Source of the DNA: Bacteroidota bacterium
Lineage (GTDB): Bacteria; Bacteroidota; Ignavibacteria; Kapaibacteriales; UBA2268
Direction of reading: 5' to 3'
NCBI GenBank assembly: GCA_024278075.1
Contig: JAJRTW010000129.1
Location: 7,522-71,521 of the forward strand
DNA: 64,000 nucleotides
The notes under the pieces are model-generated. The model saw nothing but the letters and a program-made list of their open reading frames with translations. It ran no database searches and was not told where the DNA came from. How positions within the stretch are numbered: position 1 is the first letter of the stretch; every line of letters starts with the position of its first letter. Of this stretch, positions 10,776 through 19,454 are shown one piece after another. Made by a program: the position numbers and the translations under genes.

Positions 10776-11411
10776 CTACTTCAACTGCTTGGAGATAAGC
10801 TCCAATGATGAGATAGCTTTGCGTTCGTCGTCTGTTACTTCGCTTTTAACCACTCCGACACCCCGCAGATAATACTGCCTTATATTCCGGCCTGCATAGA
10901 TGTAACAGTCATAGGCCCTGCCAGCGGGGACGGTTACCGTCCTTATGTCCTCCATCTTGAATTCATAGGACTCGAATCCGATCTCAGGGAAGTCGCTAAT
11001 CTCAAACAAAACGACATAGGATTGTTGCGAATCGTTCCAAAACCCATATAGGATCATTTTATCTTCCAGCTGCCCGGCCTGGCAATATGCAAATCCTATG
11101 GCCGAATCATTATCCATAATCTCGTAGGTATTATACCGGCCGAGATCATAATAATTCGTATCGATATTCTTTTTCCAAAGCATTTGCCCGCGATTATTCA
11201 AAGTTCTGACAATCGTAACAGGGCCCGCCTCGCCGGTCTCGGGGTTCACTGTGGCATACTCCCACATATTTCCTTCTACAAGCGGGATTACTCTGTCGGC
11301 CTGCGTTTTGGCAACAGAGATAACCTTAGGCAGAGTTCTCCTCGGCGAATCGCAGCTGGTCAGATATGCGACGAATAATAGGAATATGAAATATTTAGTT
11401 ATGTGAATCAT
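10776..11411 (-). CDS. Hypothetical lipoprotein
   Basis: Lipobox LTSC after a hydrophobic N-terminus. No recognisable domain. Confidence 0.4.
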   Translation of the reverse strand: MIHITKYFIFLLFVAYLTSCDSPRRTLPKVISVAKTQADRVIPLVEGNMWEYATVNPETGEAGPVTIVRTLNNRGQMLWKKNIDTNYYDLGRYNTYEIMDNDSAIGFAYCQAGQLEDKMILYGFWNDSQQSYVVLFEISDFPEIGFESYEFKMEDIRTVTVPAGRAYDCYIYAGRNIRQYYLRGVGVVKSEVTDDERKAISSLELISKQLK

Positions 11412-11518
11412 TACGTCAAATATTGATAATCTTAAGTAATAAACAGACGAATAGCTGCAATTTAACTATTTTTTGTTGATTACTCCATCCATGAAACTAC
11501 TGAATTATCTTAGGCAAT

Positions 11519-11880
11519 CACTGTCCGGTGAAAAATGGGAGACTCTCTGAATATAATCCTAATATGCAAGTTGTGTTCTATAATATGATTAATCATATCG
11601 TATGATATATGATGCTGTCATTCCGAGCTTGCAAGGAATCCAGTATTTATGGCTACAACCAAGTATTTAATCCCAATACAGTTCATTTAACAACAATCTG
11701 ATTTTATTTCGTATTTTGTTTTAGTCATGTGGCTTATTCAATATTGTCAACTGTTGTGTCATTCGTACTATGTCATTGCCGTGACTACGAAGAAGCAGCG
11801 AAGCTCAAACGGGGATCCATTATTCCATGCACTATCTAACTATAAAAAGATGGATTCCGGATCAAGTCCGGAATGACAAC
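11519..11880. mobile_element. MITE-like composite element (left TIR CACTGTCCGGTGAAAAATGGGAG; GTCATTCCGAGCTTGCAAGGAATCC and GGATTCCGGATCAAGTCCGGAATGACA modules)
   Basis: Same module set as the other family members. No ORF. Confidence 0.5.
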
Positions 11881-12029
11881 TATAATGATCTGTCATAATT
11901 AGATTAACAAGCCATGAACCAAATATTAAGTGAACAGTATTGGTATTAACCCTCATTCTCTTTTACCACGAGCTAAAGCACGTGGCTATTGAAAAATATA
12001 ACATTAGATTGTATCCCTAACCTAATTCC

Positions 12030-13202
12030 CTAATTGTATTCGGGCAATGTATGTTCCCTACCCTTATTCTGCTCTTTTAAGTAATCCATCAGCGGGGCGA
12101 AATAATCAACCATCGGTTTGGCGCTCATATCCGAGCCGATGCTGGTTTGCAGCAATTCCCTCCAATCGACAGAAGCACCGGGCTTCATAATATCATAGAG
12201 GAATTTGCCGGTTTCCTTGCTGCCCCAGTAATTCGTAGAATGAGGGTCTTGCTTCAATATGTTCTTGGCGATATAATCATGGAACTGGAACAAAAGTACA
12301 TAGGAAATTGCATAGTCGTAATACTGTGCGGGGTCGTTGTTGATGTGTGTTTTCGAAGTGGCATCGCAATACTCCTCCCCGCGCTCTGCCGGAGGTACTA
12401 TCCCCTGATATTCTAATTTCAAATTCCACCATTTCTTGTTGAATTGCCCGGCATCCAGATTATTCGAATATAATTCCCACTCGAAATCAGTCATCACTCC
12501 TGCACCCCATGGGATAAAGACAATATATTCGAGAGCTTCTTTGAGCAATGTCATAGTTTCATCGGTTTTCGCATTTTCGTCGATAAGGCCAAGCCCGGTG
12601 AGGAATGGCTTCTGCAGGGAGGCAAGGCCGAGCAGGCTGCCGATTGCTTCGTGATAGCCCCTGTTGGCTCCGGTGCGAAGGACTATCGGGACATCTGGGT
12701 TTGTGTAGGCATCGAAATAATATATATGGCCGAGTTCGTGCAGAGTGGTTGCCCACCAGCGGGTGTTGTTGACAATACTCATCAGTGAACGCAGGTCGTT
12801 GTTCAGGTCGATATGCCAGGCCGAGGCATGATTGTTCTTCTTATAGTCCGCATCATCGGGAAGCGGATAGAGGCTCGACAGCTCGTAGAAAGAATGTGGC
12901 AGCGAATCCAGCCCGAGGCTCACATAGAACCTTTCGCCTTCCTTGACTATCCAGTTGCCGGGTTTTTCTTTCAATACTTCATCAAGGTTCATACCCTCGA
13001 CATTCACTAAGGCCGTCCAGTCCTGCCCCCACCTGTTGGGCATCCAGTGCGCCGGCAGCATATCCGGCACTTCCTTGCCATATTTTTCTGCCAATGTATA
13101 TCTTGCCCAGGTGTGCAATTCACGATAAAGCGGCCAGATGTCTTTAATCATACTCTGGCAAACCGCCCTCATTTCTTCAACTGTCATGCCATATTCAGAC
13201 AC
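12030..13202 (-). CDS. Peptidyl-dipeptidase A (ACE-like, MEROPS M2) catalytic portion, C-terminal 390 aa of a split gene
   Basis: HEXXH zinc motif TLHELGHIYY, GANRGYHEAIG and KWWNLKLEYQGIVPP align residue-by-residue with the ACE C-domain. Starts at GTG directly after an in-frame TAA. Confidence 0.75.
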   Translation of the reverse strand: MSEYGMTVEEMRAVCQSMIKDIWPLYRELHTWARYTLAEKYGKEVPDMLPAHWMPNRWGQDWTALVNVEGMNLDEVLKEKPGNWIVKEGERFYVSLGLDSLPHSFYELSSLYPLPDDADYKKNNHASAWHIDLNNDLRSLMSIVNNTRWWATTLHELGHIYYFDAYTNPDVPIVLRTGANRGYHEAIGSLLGLASLQKPFLTGLGLIDENAKTDETMTLLKEALEYIVFIPWGAGVMTDFEWELYSNNLDAGQFNKKWWNLKLEYQGIVPPAERGEEYCDATSKTHINNDPAQYYDYAISYVLLFQFHDYIAKNILKQDPHSTNYWGSKETGKFLYDIMKPGASVDWRELLQTSIGSDMSAKPMVDYFAPLMDYLKEQNKGREHTLPEYN

Positions 13203-13844
13203 TTAATAGGCGAAGAAATCGGAGTAATCCAAAGCCTGAACCGAAGCGTTCCTCAAGTGCCGAAGATTCTGCAATCCCTCTTTTAGGCCCTTACCCACTT
13301 CCTTGGACGCCTCCCATGCCTTCAATCTTTCCGTTAGGTCGGACGATTCGTCGAGGATTTTGTCGATGTCGTTGGTGGAAACCGGTTTGCCGTCAATCTG
13401 AAAATCAAATCCGAATAAGTCCTTGGTCTGTTTCGTATCCGCCTTGATTTTTTCCTTCACAACAGAATCAGCCGTAGCCGGGTTTCTTCCGGCGGTGTAA
13501 ATGATAGCGTCTAATTGCCTGGCCTGCAGGCCGGTTAATTTATTCTTATCGGCAAGGAAACCCTTAGCGCTTGTAATATTGTCGATACTGCCGGTGAATT
13601 TGGCATATTCTTCATTAGCTTTTTCGGCTAATTGGGCGGTTATGGTATCGCCTTCGATAATTTTAGTATTTAGCAGCCACTCCGCTTCGGAGGATTTTGT
13701 AACTAATTTCTGGATTTCAGCATTATATCCGTCCAGATAAGCCTGCACGGAATCCCTTAATTGGGAATAGTCTTCGGCGGGCTGTTCTTGTTTGCCGCAG
13801 GAAATTAGTGTGGCCAGGAGAATAAGAGTCAGGATTTTTTTCAT
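13203..13844 (-). CDS. N-terminal 213 aa of the same M2 peptidase (lipoprotein signal), terminated by in-frame TAA at 13203-13205
   Basis: Lipobox LISCGK. LKAWEASKEVGK...LRNASVQALDYSDFFAY matches the ACE N-terminal lid region. Same frame as, and contiguous with, 12030-13202. Confidence 0.65.
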   Translation of the reverse strand: MKKILTLILLATLISCGKQEQPAEDYSQLRDSVQAYLDGYNAEIQKLVTKSSEAEWLLNTKIIEGDTITAQLAEKANEEYAKFTGSIDNITSAKGFLADKNKLTGLQARQLDAIIYTAGRNPATADSVVKEKIKADTKQTKDLFGFDFQIDGKPVSTNDIDKILDESSDLTERLKAWEASKEVGKGLKEGLQNLRHLRNASVQALDYSDFFAY

Positions 13845-13903
13845 AATAGTAATTCGATTATTAGTGATACAATATATTTATTTGATTATTTTCTTAATGT
13901 GAT

Positions 13904-14118
13904 TTATAACAGTTCTTTTTTATTTATTCCAGCTTGTTTTAATATTTCAAGTAAGGTGCCTTTCGGTAAATCCTTTTTGTGATAAGGAACAATAACCCTG
14001 TTTTTGTTTTCAGGATTGAAGTAAATTCTATGGCTTCCTTTTGTTCATTTTATAACGAAACCTTTTTTAGAAGTAGCTTAATTATCTGGTCTGGTGTTAG
14101 GACAGGAGATTTAGGCAT
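13904..14118 (-). pseudogene. hicA: hicA toxin pseudogene (one A6-run frameshift plus an in-frame TGA)
   Basis: Across two frames reads MPKSPVLTPDQIIKLLLKK / KGFVIK*TKGSHRIYFNPENKNRVIVPYHKKDLPKGTLLEILKQAGI, matching the HicA consensus (GFxLVRxKGSHxxF...KDLxxGTLxxILKQAG). ATG overlaps the hicB stop (ATGccTAA). Confidence 0.55.
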
Positions 14119-14395
14119 GTGACTCAACAGAAAGATTATACTCTAAAGTTTGATCGTCACTGGGAACTTCTTCTCCATCCGCAATAAGGTCATCAATATA
14201 AATCCCAATGGCCTCTCTGGCCATATCAATAGATTCATCTATAGTATCTCCAAAAGTAACACAACCGGGGAGGGATGGAACAATTACGGTATAGCCGCCT
14301 TCGGGTTCTTTTCTGAGTATGATCCTCTTTCTGAGTATGATCCGGGAATTAAGAATCTTCATGGTTTTCTTCTTCGGGTAAATTAATTGATTCAA
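14111..14395 (-). CDS. hicB: HicB-family antitoxin (UPF0150)
   Basis: GGYTVIVPSLPGCVTFGDTIDESIDMAREAIGIYIDDL. In-frame 18-bp tandem duplication RIILRKRIILRK near the N-terminus. Confidence 0.7.
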   Translation of the reverse strand: MNQLIYPKKKTMKILNSRIILRKRIILRKEPEGGYTVIVPSLPGCVTFGDTIDESIDMAREAIGIYIDDLIADGEEVPSDDQTLEYNLSVESHA

Positions 14396-14430
14396 GAGAA
14401 TGCAAATATATTAATAAAATAATATATTTG

Positions 14431-14720
14431 GTCACAAGTATCCGGTTAAAAAGCAGTAAATAAGTTTAAATCATCGATTATTACTGCATATTAGTCTATA
14501 TTGTGCTATTTTTGATACGATTCGTAAATTAGTGAAATATAATATTAAAGCGCGTCATTCCGGACTTGTTGAGCTTGCGAAATCCCGCTATCGGGAATCC
14601 GGAATCCATCTCAATATGGCCACATAGCCCGTGAATACTGGATTCTGAAACGAGTTCAGAATGACAAGTCATAATATCCAGGTACATATTCTGAGCGTTT
14701 CTCTTTTTTTAACCGGACAC
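14431..14720. mobile_element. MITE-like composite element, complete (outer TIRs GTCACAAGTATCCGGTTAAAAAGCAG / TTTTTTTAACCGGACAC; inner GTCATTCCGGA...CAGAATGAC modules)
   Basis: Imperfect terminal inverted repeats plus nested hairpin modules. Non-coding. Its right end supplies a false upstream ATG for the next gene. Confidence 0.6.
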
Positions 14721-14759
14721 ATGTTATATTTGGTAAATAACTATTATGAAAAGCGTAAT

Positions 14760-15635
14760 ATGCTATATTATATTTTAATCTTTATTGTCTTTATAAACCC
14801 GGTTGTTTCGATAGCTGGCCAAACAGAGGAGGCAAAACTTCCTGACACATCAGCAACAAAAGTAAGCTCCACCAAACTTGGCATAATCGGCGGAGTGACG
14901 GCTGCCGGAGTTGTCATCGGGCAGATACACCAGTCCGGCACTTACTGGAATGAAAGGACAGCTTTTCATGCCATGCCTCTGGACAAGGAATACCCCGATG
15001 CCTTGATGGCGGATAAATTCGGCCACCTGTTCTTCGCCAATTTCCTTGCAAGTACATATAAATCAGCTTTTGAATGGGTGGGCTATAATCAGTCAAATGC
15101 GGCACTTCTCGGCGGGGGCGTGGCGTTGGCCTATCAGACACTGGTGGAGATGCAGGACGGATTTTCAGGCGGCAAACCCTACCTCGGCTTTAGCTATGGC
15201 GATATGTTGTTTAATACTGCAGGGGCTATATTCCCCTATCTGCAAATTAATTATTCGGTATTGAACAGATTCCGATTCAAGGCCAGCTTCCAGAAATCAA
15301 GCAACTTCGACCGGCTTAATTATAATTCCATCACAGAAGATTACGAAAGCACATATCACTGGCTGAGTATTAATATATGTGATCTGCTGCCAGATAATAT
15401 TCAACAATGGTACCCGGAATTTGTGAATCTTGCAATTGGGCATTCCGTTAGCAATATTGACCGCTATGGCGCCGGCGGCCACGAATTATATTTAGCTTTG
15501 GACTGGAACTTAGAGGCTTTGCCGGGAGATAATTTCTTCTGTGATTTCATCAAACAAACGTTTAATTTTTATAAACTGCCCGCACCGGCTGTGAAAATAT
15601 ATCCCAATGTAGTTTGGTACGGGCTGAAGTTCTGA
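14760..15635 (+). CDS. Secreted hypothetical protein (signal peptide); start moved to M34 of the six-frame ORF, downstream of the MITE
   Basis: MLYYILIFIVFINPVVSIAGQ signal peptide. The upstream 33 codons lie inside the repeat element. No confident family assignment. Confidence 0.45.
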   Translation: MLYYILIFIVFINPVVSIAGQTEEAKLPDTSATKVSSTKLGIIGGVTAAGVVIGQIHQSGTYWNERTAFHAMPLDKEYPDALMADKFGHLFFANFLASTYKSAFEWVGYNQSNAALLGGGVALAYQTLVEMQDGFSGGKPYLGFSYGDMLFNTAGAIFPYLQINYSVLNRFRFKASFQKSSNFDRLNYNSITEDYESTYHWLSINICDLLPDNIQQWYPEFVNLAIGHSVSNIDRYGAGGHELYLALDWNLEALPGDNFFCDFIKQTFNFYKLPAPAVKIYPNVVWYGLKF

Positions 15636-15759
15636 GGATGCTTGATTCCGGGTATATGTTGTGGTATATTCAGTAATTGGAATTAATGAATAATTTATTT
15701 ACCTTTTAATCGACTTATTATCATAGGGAAGTAAATATAATGAATGGATATAGAAAAAA

Positions 15760-15990
15760 ATGTTGAGAAATTTCACAGCAAAATACACTAAAATAAGTTC
15801 CGGCTATATGGGGCAAATTCTGGAATTACCCGAAGTTATCACTGAAGGCAAAAGCATTGAAGAATGCCAGGTTTTCCTTAAGGGTGCTCTTTTGGAAATA
15901 ACATTGGCATATAAACAACTCGGAAAGGAATTGCCTAATAATAATTGTTTGTTCGAACAGATTTCTTTGGATTCGGAAAATGTCAGTTAA
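15760..15990 (+). CDS. hicB: HicB-family antitoxin (second copy)
   Basis: YMGQILELPEVITEGKSIEECQVFLKGALLEITLAY has the HicB/UPF0150 N-terminal fold signature. Confidence 0.6.
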   Translation: MLRNFTAKYTKISSGYMGQILELPEVITEGKSIEECQVFLKGALLEITLAYKQLGKELPNNNCLFEQISLDSENVS

Positions 15991-16167
15991 GAGACGTGAC
16001 TTAATACGATACTTAGAGAAGAACGGATTTTATCTTTTGCGTGAGGGCGGGAACCATTCAATCTATTATGATAATAAAAAATAATACCTGTAAAACGGCA
16101 TAGAACCTTAGATAGGATCACGGCTAATGAAATTTGCAAGCAAGCCGGATTAGAGAAATTTTTTTAA
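15980..16167 (+). pseudogene. hicA: hicA toxin with frameshift in A6 run (16076-16081); reads as full-length 62-aa HicA if one A is added
   Basis: Frame 2 gives MSVKRRDLIRYLEKNGFYLLREGGNHSIYYDNKK*. Frame 1 continues IIPVKRHRTLDRITANEICKQAGLEKFF*. ATG overlaps the hicB stop. Confidence 0.55.
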
Positions 16168-16189
16168 TATTACGAAACGCAATAAGAAA

Positions 16190-16398
16190 ACGTGTCATTC
16201 CGGTCTTGTTGAGCTTGTGAATTCCCGTATTTGGAAGTAATCCCGCCATCGTAAATACGGAATCCATCTTGATTATGCAAATAGCCTATAAATACCGGAT
16301 TCCTCGCTTAGCTCCCCGATGAATCGGGACATGCAGAATGACAAGTCAAATTTATTAGGATAATATCCGGAGAAGCGGCCTTTTTTCACGGACATCAG
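16190..16398. mobile_element. MITE-like element fragment (inner GTCATTCCGGTCTTG...GCAGAATGACAAG module, degenerate right TIR)
   Basis: Family modules present. The left outer TIR is absent, and this flank abuts the hicA 3' end. Confidence 0.5.
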
Positions 16399-16418
16399 TT
16401 TTCGTTTTTATCGAATAA

Positions 16419-17093
16419 TCAATCCGTTACTTTCAGCTTTACCTTTCGCTCAAAATAATTTGCGATTCCAGCCGAGGCATCCCCTTTTTTCGTATCACCT
16501 TTTGTCAGCATCGCCTGCAAGGTTAATTCCACATCTTCCGCAGTGTCCGTCGGGCGAATGGACGAAGGGACTATCGTGATCTTAGCTCCTTCGTATCCCT
16601 TTAATTTATCCCCGGTGATCTTGCAGGACATTGGCAGGTTCACATCCCACCCGGGAGCGAATTTTGATAGAGAACTCGTTCCGATTGTGGTTGGATCGAC
16701 ATAAAGGAAAGCATTCCTGTATGGCGATATTTCCCTATCGCCTGCCTGCCTGCCTATGACCGTAATTATATTAATCACTTCATTACGCTTTGCCTCAATC
16801 AGGAACGATCCGTCTGGCTGCTTAAGGGATTTTTTTGTGGCTTTGTCAAGTATGTCGATAATGGTTTTGCTGTCATCTTTCCACGGCCCGTTATCGTCGT
16901 GGCAGGCAATGCAGTTTTCGGCATCGCTGAGAATCCCCACCGCAGGCGGATAGGCATAAGCCACACCGTAGCTGCTTTTGCCGAACTCAGGATGATAGTA
17001 ATATTCGGAATTGATGATCTGAACAATAATCATTGCCGCCATCACCAATATAGTTGTTGTTAATAATTTTGTTTTCATAATAATGCCTTTCAA
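16419..17093 (-). CDS. Membrane-anchored hypothetical protein with a single CXXCH haem-binding motif (possible c-type cytochrome)
   Basis: N-terminal TM helix and CIACH motif. No other recognisable domain. Confidence 0.35.
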   Translation of the reverse strand: MKGIIMKTKLLTTTILVMAAMIIVQIINSEYYYHPEFGKSSYGVAYAYPPAVGILSDAENCIACHDDNGPWKDDSKTIIDILDKATKKSLKQPDGSFLIEAKRNEVINIITVIGRQAGDREISPYRNAFLYVDPTTIGTSSLSKFAPGWDVNLPMSCKITGDKLKGYEGAKITIVPSSIRPTDTAEDVELTLQAMLTKGDTKKGDASAGIANYFERKVKLKVTD

Positions 17094-17257
17094 CCTATAT
17101 TATTTATAAAATATCCAAGATGACCACAAGGAAAAGTATAGTAGATGTTATCGTATTCTCAGTTTTTGATCCGACATGATTCTAATACTATCTACCTGGC
17201 CGATATATCGCCAGAAAAGATACTAAGCCTTTGAGTGAAAGTCCCGAATTATTCGGG

Positions 17258-17611
17258 TTAAAAAGTTAATACTTTATCCGCTTCAACAGTCAATTTTGCT
17301 AATTCATTTAAAGTACTTAATTCCGCACCTTCGATTAATTGTAAATCATTAATACCTCTGGCACCGGCACAGGTTCCGCATAATTTCACTTCACCGTTTC
17401 TTCGGATTACCGCCCTTAACATCCTCTCAATATTATAATAGCCATCGGGAGTCTTTTGATTGCTCATTGCACAAAAGGCAGCATCAGCCATCAGAAAAAT
17501 TCTTACCTCAACATCACCCGAATCTCTTTGAATCTGCATAGCCATTCGCAGCGCATTGTATGCCCTCTCCGTTCCATAGGGAGCGTCATTAATAATAAAC
17601 AGGATTTTCAT
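17258..17611 (-). CDS. DsrE/DsrF/TusD-like sulfur-relay family protein
   Basis: 117 aa. MKILFIINDAPYGTERAYNALRMA and a conserved Cys in KLCGTCAGARG. Confidence 0.6.
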   Translation of the reverse strand: MKILFIINDAPYGTERAYNALRMAMQIQRDSGDVEVRIFLMADAAFCAMSNQKTPDGYYNIERMLRAVIRRNGEVKLCGTCAGARGINDLQLIEGAELSTLNELAKLTVEADKVLTF

Positions 17612-17657
17612 AAAATTCCAGTGTCAGAGTTAAACAATTTCGTTTTTATAATATTTT

Positions 17658-17969
17658 GTCACAAGTGTCCGGTTAAAAAGCAGCCAATTGGTGATAATCA
17701 TAGTAATAAGCACCCTTTTGCCCTATATTGTGCTATAGTGGATGCAATTTCGGATTTAGCGAGATTTTATATTAAAGCGTGTCATTCCGGACTTGATCCG
17801 GAATCCATCTTTATTATAGCGAATAATATAATGAATACTGGATTCCCGCTGGAGTTTATCCTGAGCCCTTCGACTTCGCTCAGGATAAACTGCCGAAGGG
17901 CAGGAATGACACGTGACAGATATTAAGGGTATATTCATCAAGGCTCTCATTTTTTTACCAGACAGTACT
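17658..17969. mobile_element. MITE-like composite element, complete (TIRs GTCACAAGTGTCCGGTTAAAAAGCAG / CTCATTTTTTTACCAGACAGTACT)
   Basis: Inner TGTCATTCCGGACTTGATCCGGAATCCA hairpin and TTTATCCTGAGCCCTTCGACTTCGCTCAGGATAAAC hairpin, closed by GGAATGACACGTGACAG. Confidence 0.6.
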
Positions 17970-18090
17970 GATATTTTGTAATAAATTATTCCCTATTAAT
18001 GTACTACCCAGCCGCATACAGCTTGGTATCGATTTTGATTATCATTATAACAAGCAGGCAGGCCACTGGGAATAAAACCCGAGAGTGGGA

Positions 18091-18618
18091 TTAAACTTCA
18101 AAACCCATGAAAGCACTGAATACGAGCACTGATATTGCAAAAACAAGGCATATTTCGCATAAATATTTCCTGCGGGCGCGGAGCTTAAAGAACTCAGCCT
18201 CTGTTTCGGAATCCGGCTGGCTTGAACTTGAAAATCCCTCGAACATTACCTTTAGTTTTGGGTTGATCTTCAAAAATATCATACTCATTATTATCACCAT
18301 GCCAACAACAGACACAAGTTTGAGAGTGAGTGAAATTGATGCAACATTGGACAGGTCTTTGAAAGAATCATTGAAGAGATAGTAATTAAGCGGTATTCCG
18401 ATGCCGGTAACGAATAATGTTATTATAAAAGATATACAGTAGGGAGCATTCCCCTGCAATGTATCCTCTACAACCTTGTCTAATTCATAGAATAATTTAG
18501 GCCCGAATTGGCTTCTGTGGGTGACGAGGCTTCTGTTATAAAAAGGTGCTGCCGCACAGCCGACTAACGCAATATTATGCAGTGCGAGCAGAAATCCGTG
18601 AATAATTTGTTCTGTCAT
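18091..18618 (-). CDS. Hypothetical integral membrane protein (about 4 TM helices)
   Basis: Hydrophobicity pattern only. Confidence 0.35.
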   Translation of the reverse strand: MTEQIIHGFLLALHNIALVGCAAAPFYNRSLVTHRSQFGPKLFYELDKVVEDTLQGNAPYCISFIITLFVTGIGIPLNYYLFNDSFKDLSNVASISLTLKLVSVVGMVIIMSMIFLKINPKLKVMFEGFSSSSQPDSETEAEFFKLRARRKYLCEICLVFAISVLVFSAFMGFEV

Positions 18619-18656
18619 TTTTTTGAAACTCCCTATTTCAGGTTAAATAATTTTAC

Positions 18657-18983
18657 TTATAATTTATTGAGTATCTCATTATTTTTATGAAGCCTTTCGA
18701 TCAGAACTTCGCGCATAAGCTGGCAGGCTTCGACAACTTTAGGGGTGGACAGCTTAAAAAAAGTATATAGCCCTTCCTTTCTTTGCGTTAGGATGCCCTT
18801 CTCCACCATTACGGATAAATGCTGCGACAGGCTGGATTTCGCCACTCCGGTTTTGTCGGAGATCTGCCCAAAATTCATCTCGCGGTACTGCAACACATCA
18901 ATTATTTCAATCCTGATTGCGTGAGCCAATGCTTTGCAAACATCGGCGTGTAGTTTGTAAATCGTTTTGTCGTCCATAGCCAA
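18657..18983 (-). CDS. ArsR/SmtB-family HTH transcriptional regulator
   Basis: IRIEIIDVLQYREMNFGQISDKTGVAKSSLSQHLSVMVEKGIL winged-helix signature. Confidence 0.75.
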   Translation of the reverse strand: MAMDDKTIYKLHADVCKALAHAIRIEIIDVLQYREMNFGQISDKTGVAKSSLSQHLSVMVEKGILTQRKEGLYTFFKLSTPKVVEACQLMREVLIERLHKNNEILNKL

Positions 18984-19454
18984 TATTATAATATTATTAA
19001 TTCTAATCCCACATTGTGGGTTTAATACCCCGCTGCTTGCGGTGATTATTAAATTCTGTTAAACATTAATACCCCGCTGCTTGCGGCAGGGTAGTTTATT
19101 AGTTCGTCATATTATGAACTAATGAAGATACGAACATCTTATAATTTTATTTTTTAGCCTGCACTATTCGTAGAATATTCAAAATAACTGATATTTAATG
19201 TCAGATTTGCAGTGGATGGCAGGTATTACGGGATACTTAAATTGAGTCAATCCTGATTGCCATAGCCTCTGCCTAACTTAATAATATCTAATTAGTTACG
19301 AAGCTCTATAATAAAAGGCCCGAAATAATCGGGTAAATAAGGATATGTTTCAAACGTTAACGATTAATGAATAGGTAAATACGGAATATATAACTAGGGT
19401 TTCCTCAAAAAGTAGTCGAGGAAAAAGATTTTAATGATTATGATTAAAGGAGAA

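Noticed and set aside
12030-13844. Stop-codon reassignment or alternative genetic code to explain the in-frame TAA
   Set aside because: All other long ORFs in the window terminate normally with TAA, TAG or TGA under the standard code. Housekeeping genes are full-length.
14661-14759. N-terminal 33 codons of the six-frame ORF 14661-15635
   Set aside because: This segment lies inside the MITE right arm. A signal-peptide-bearing start at 14760 is more plausible.
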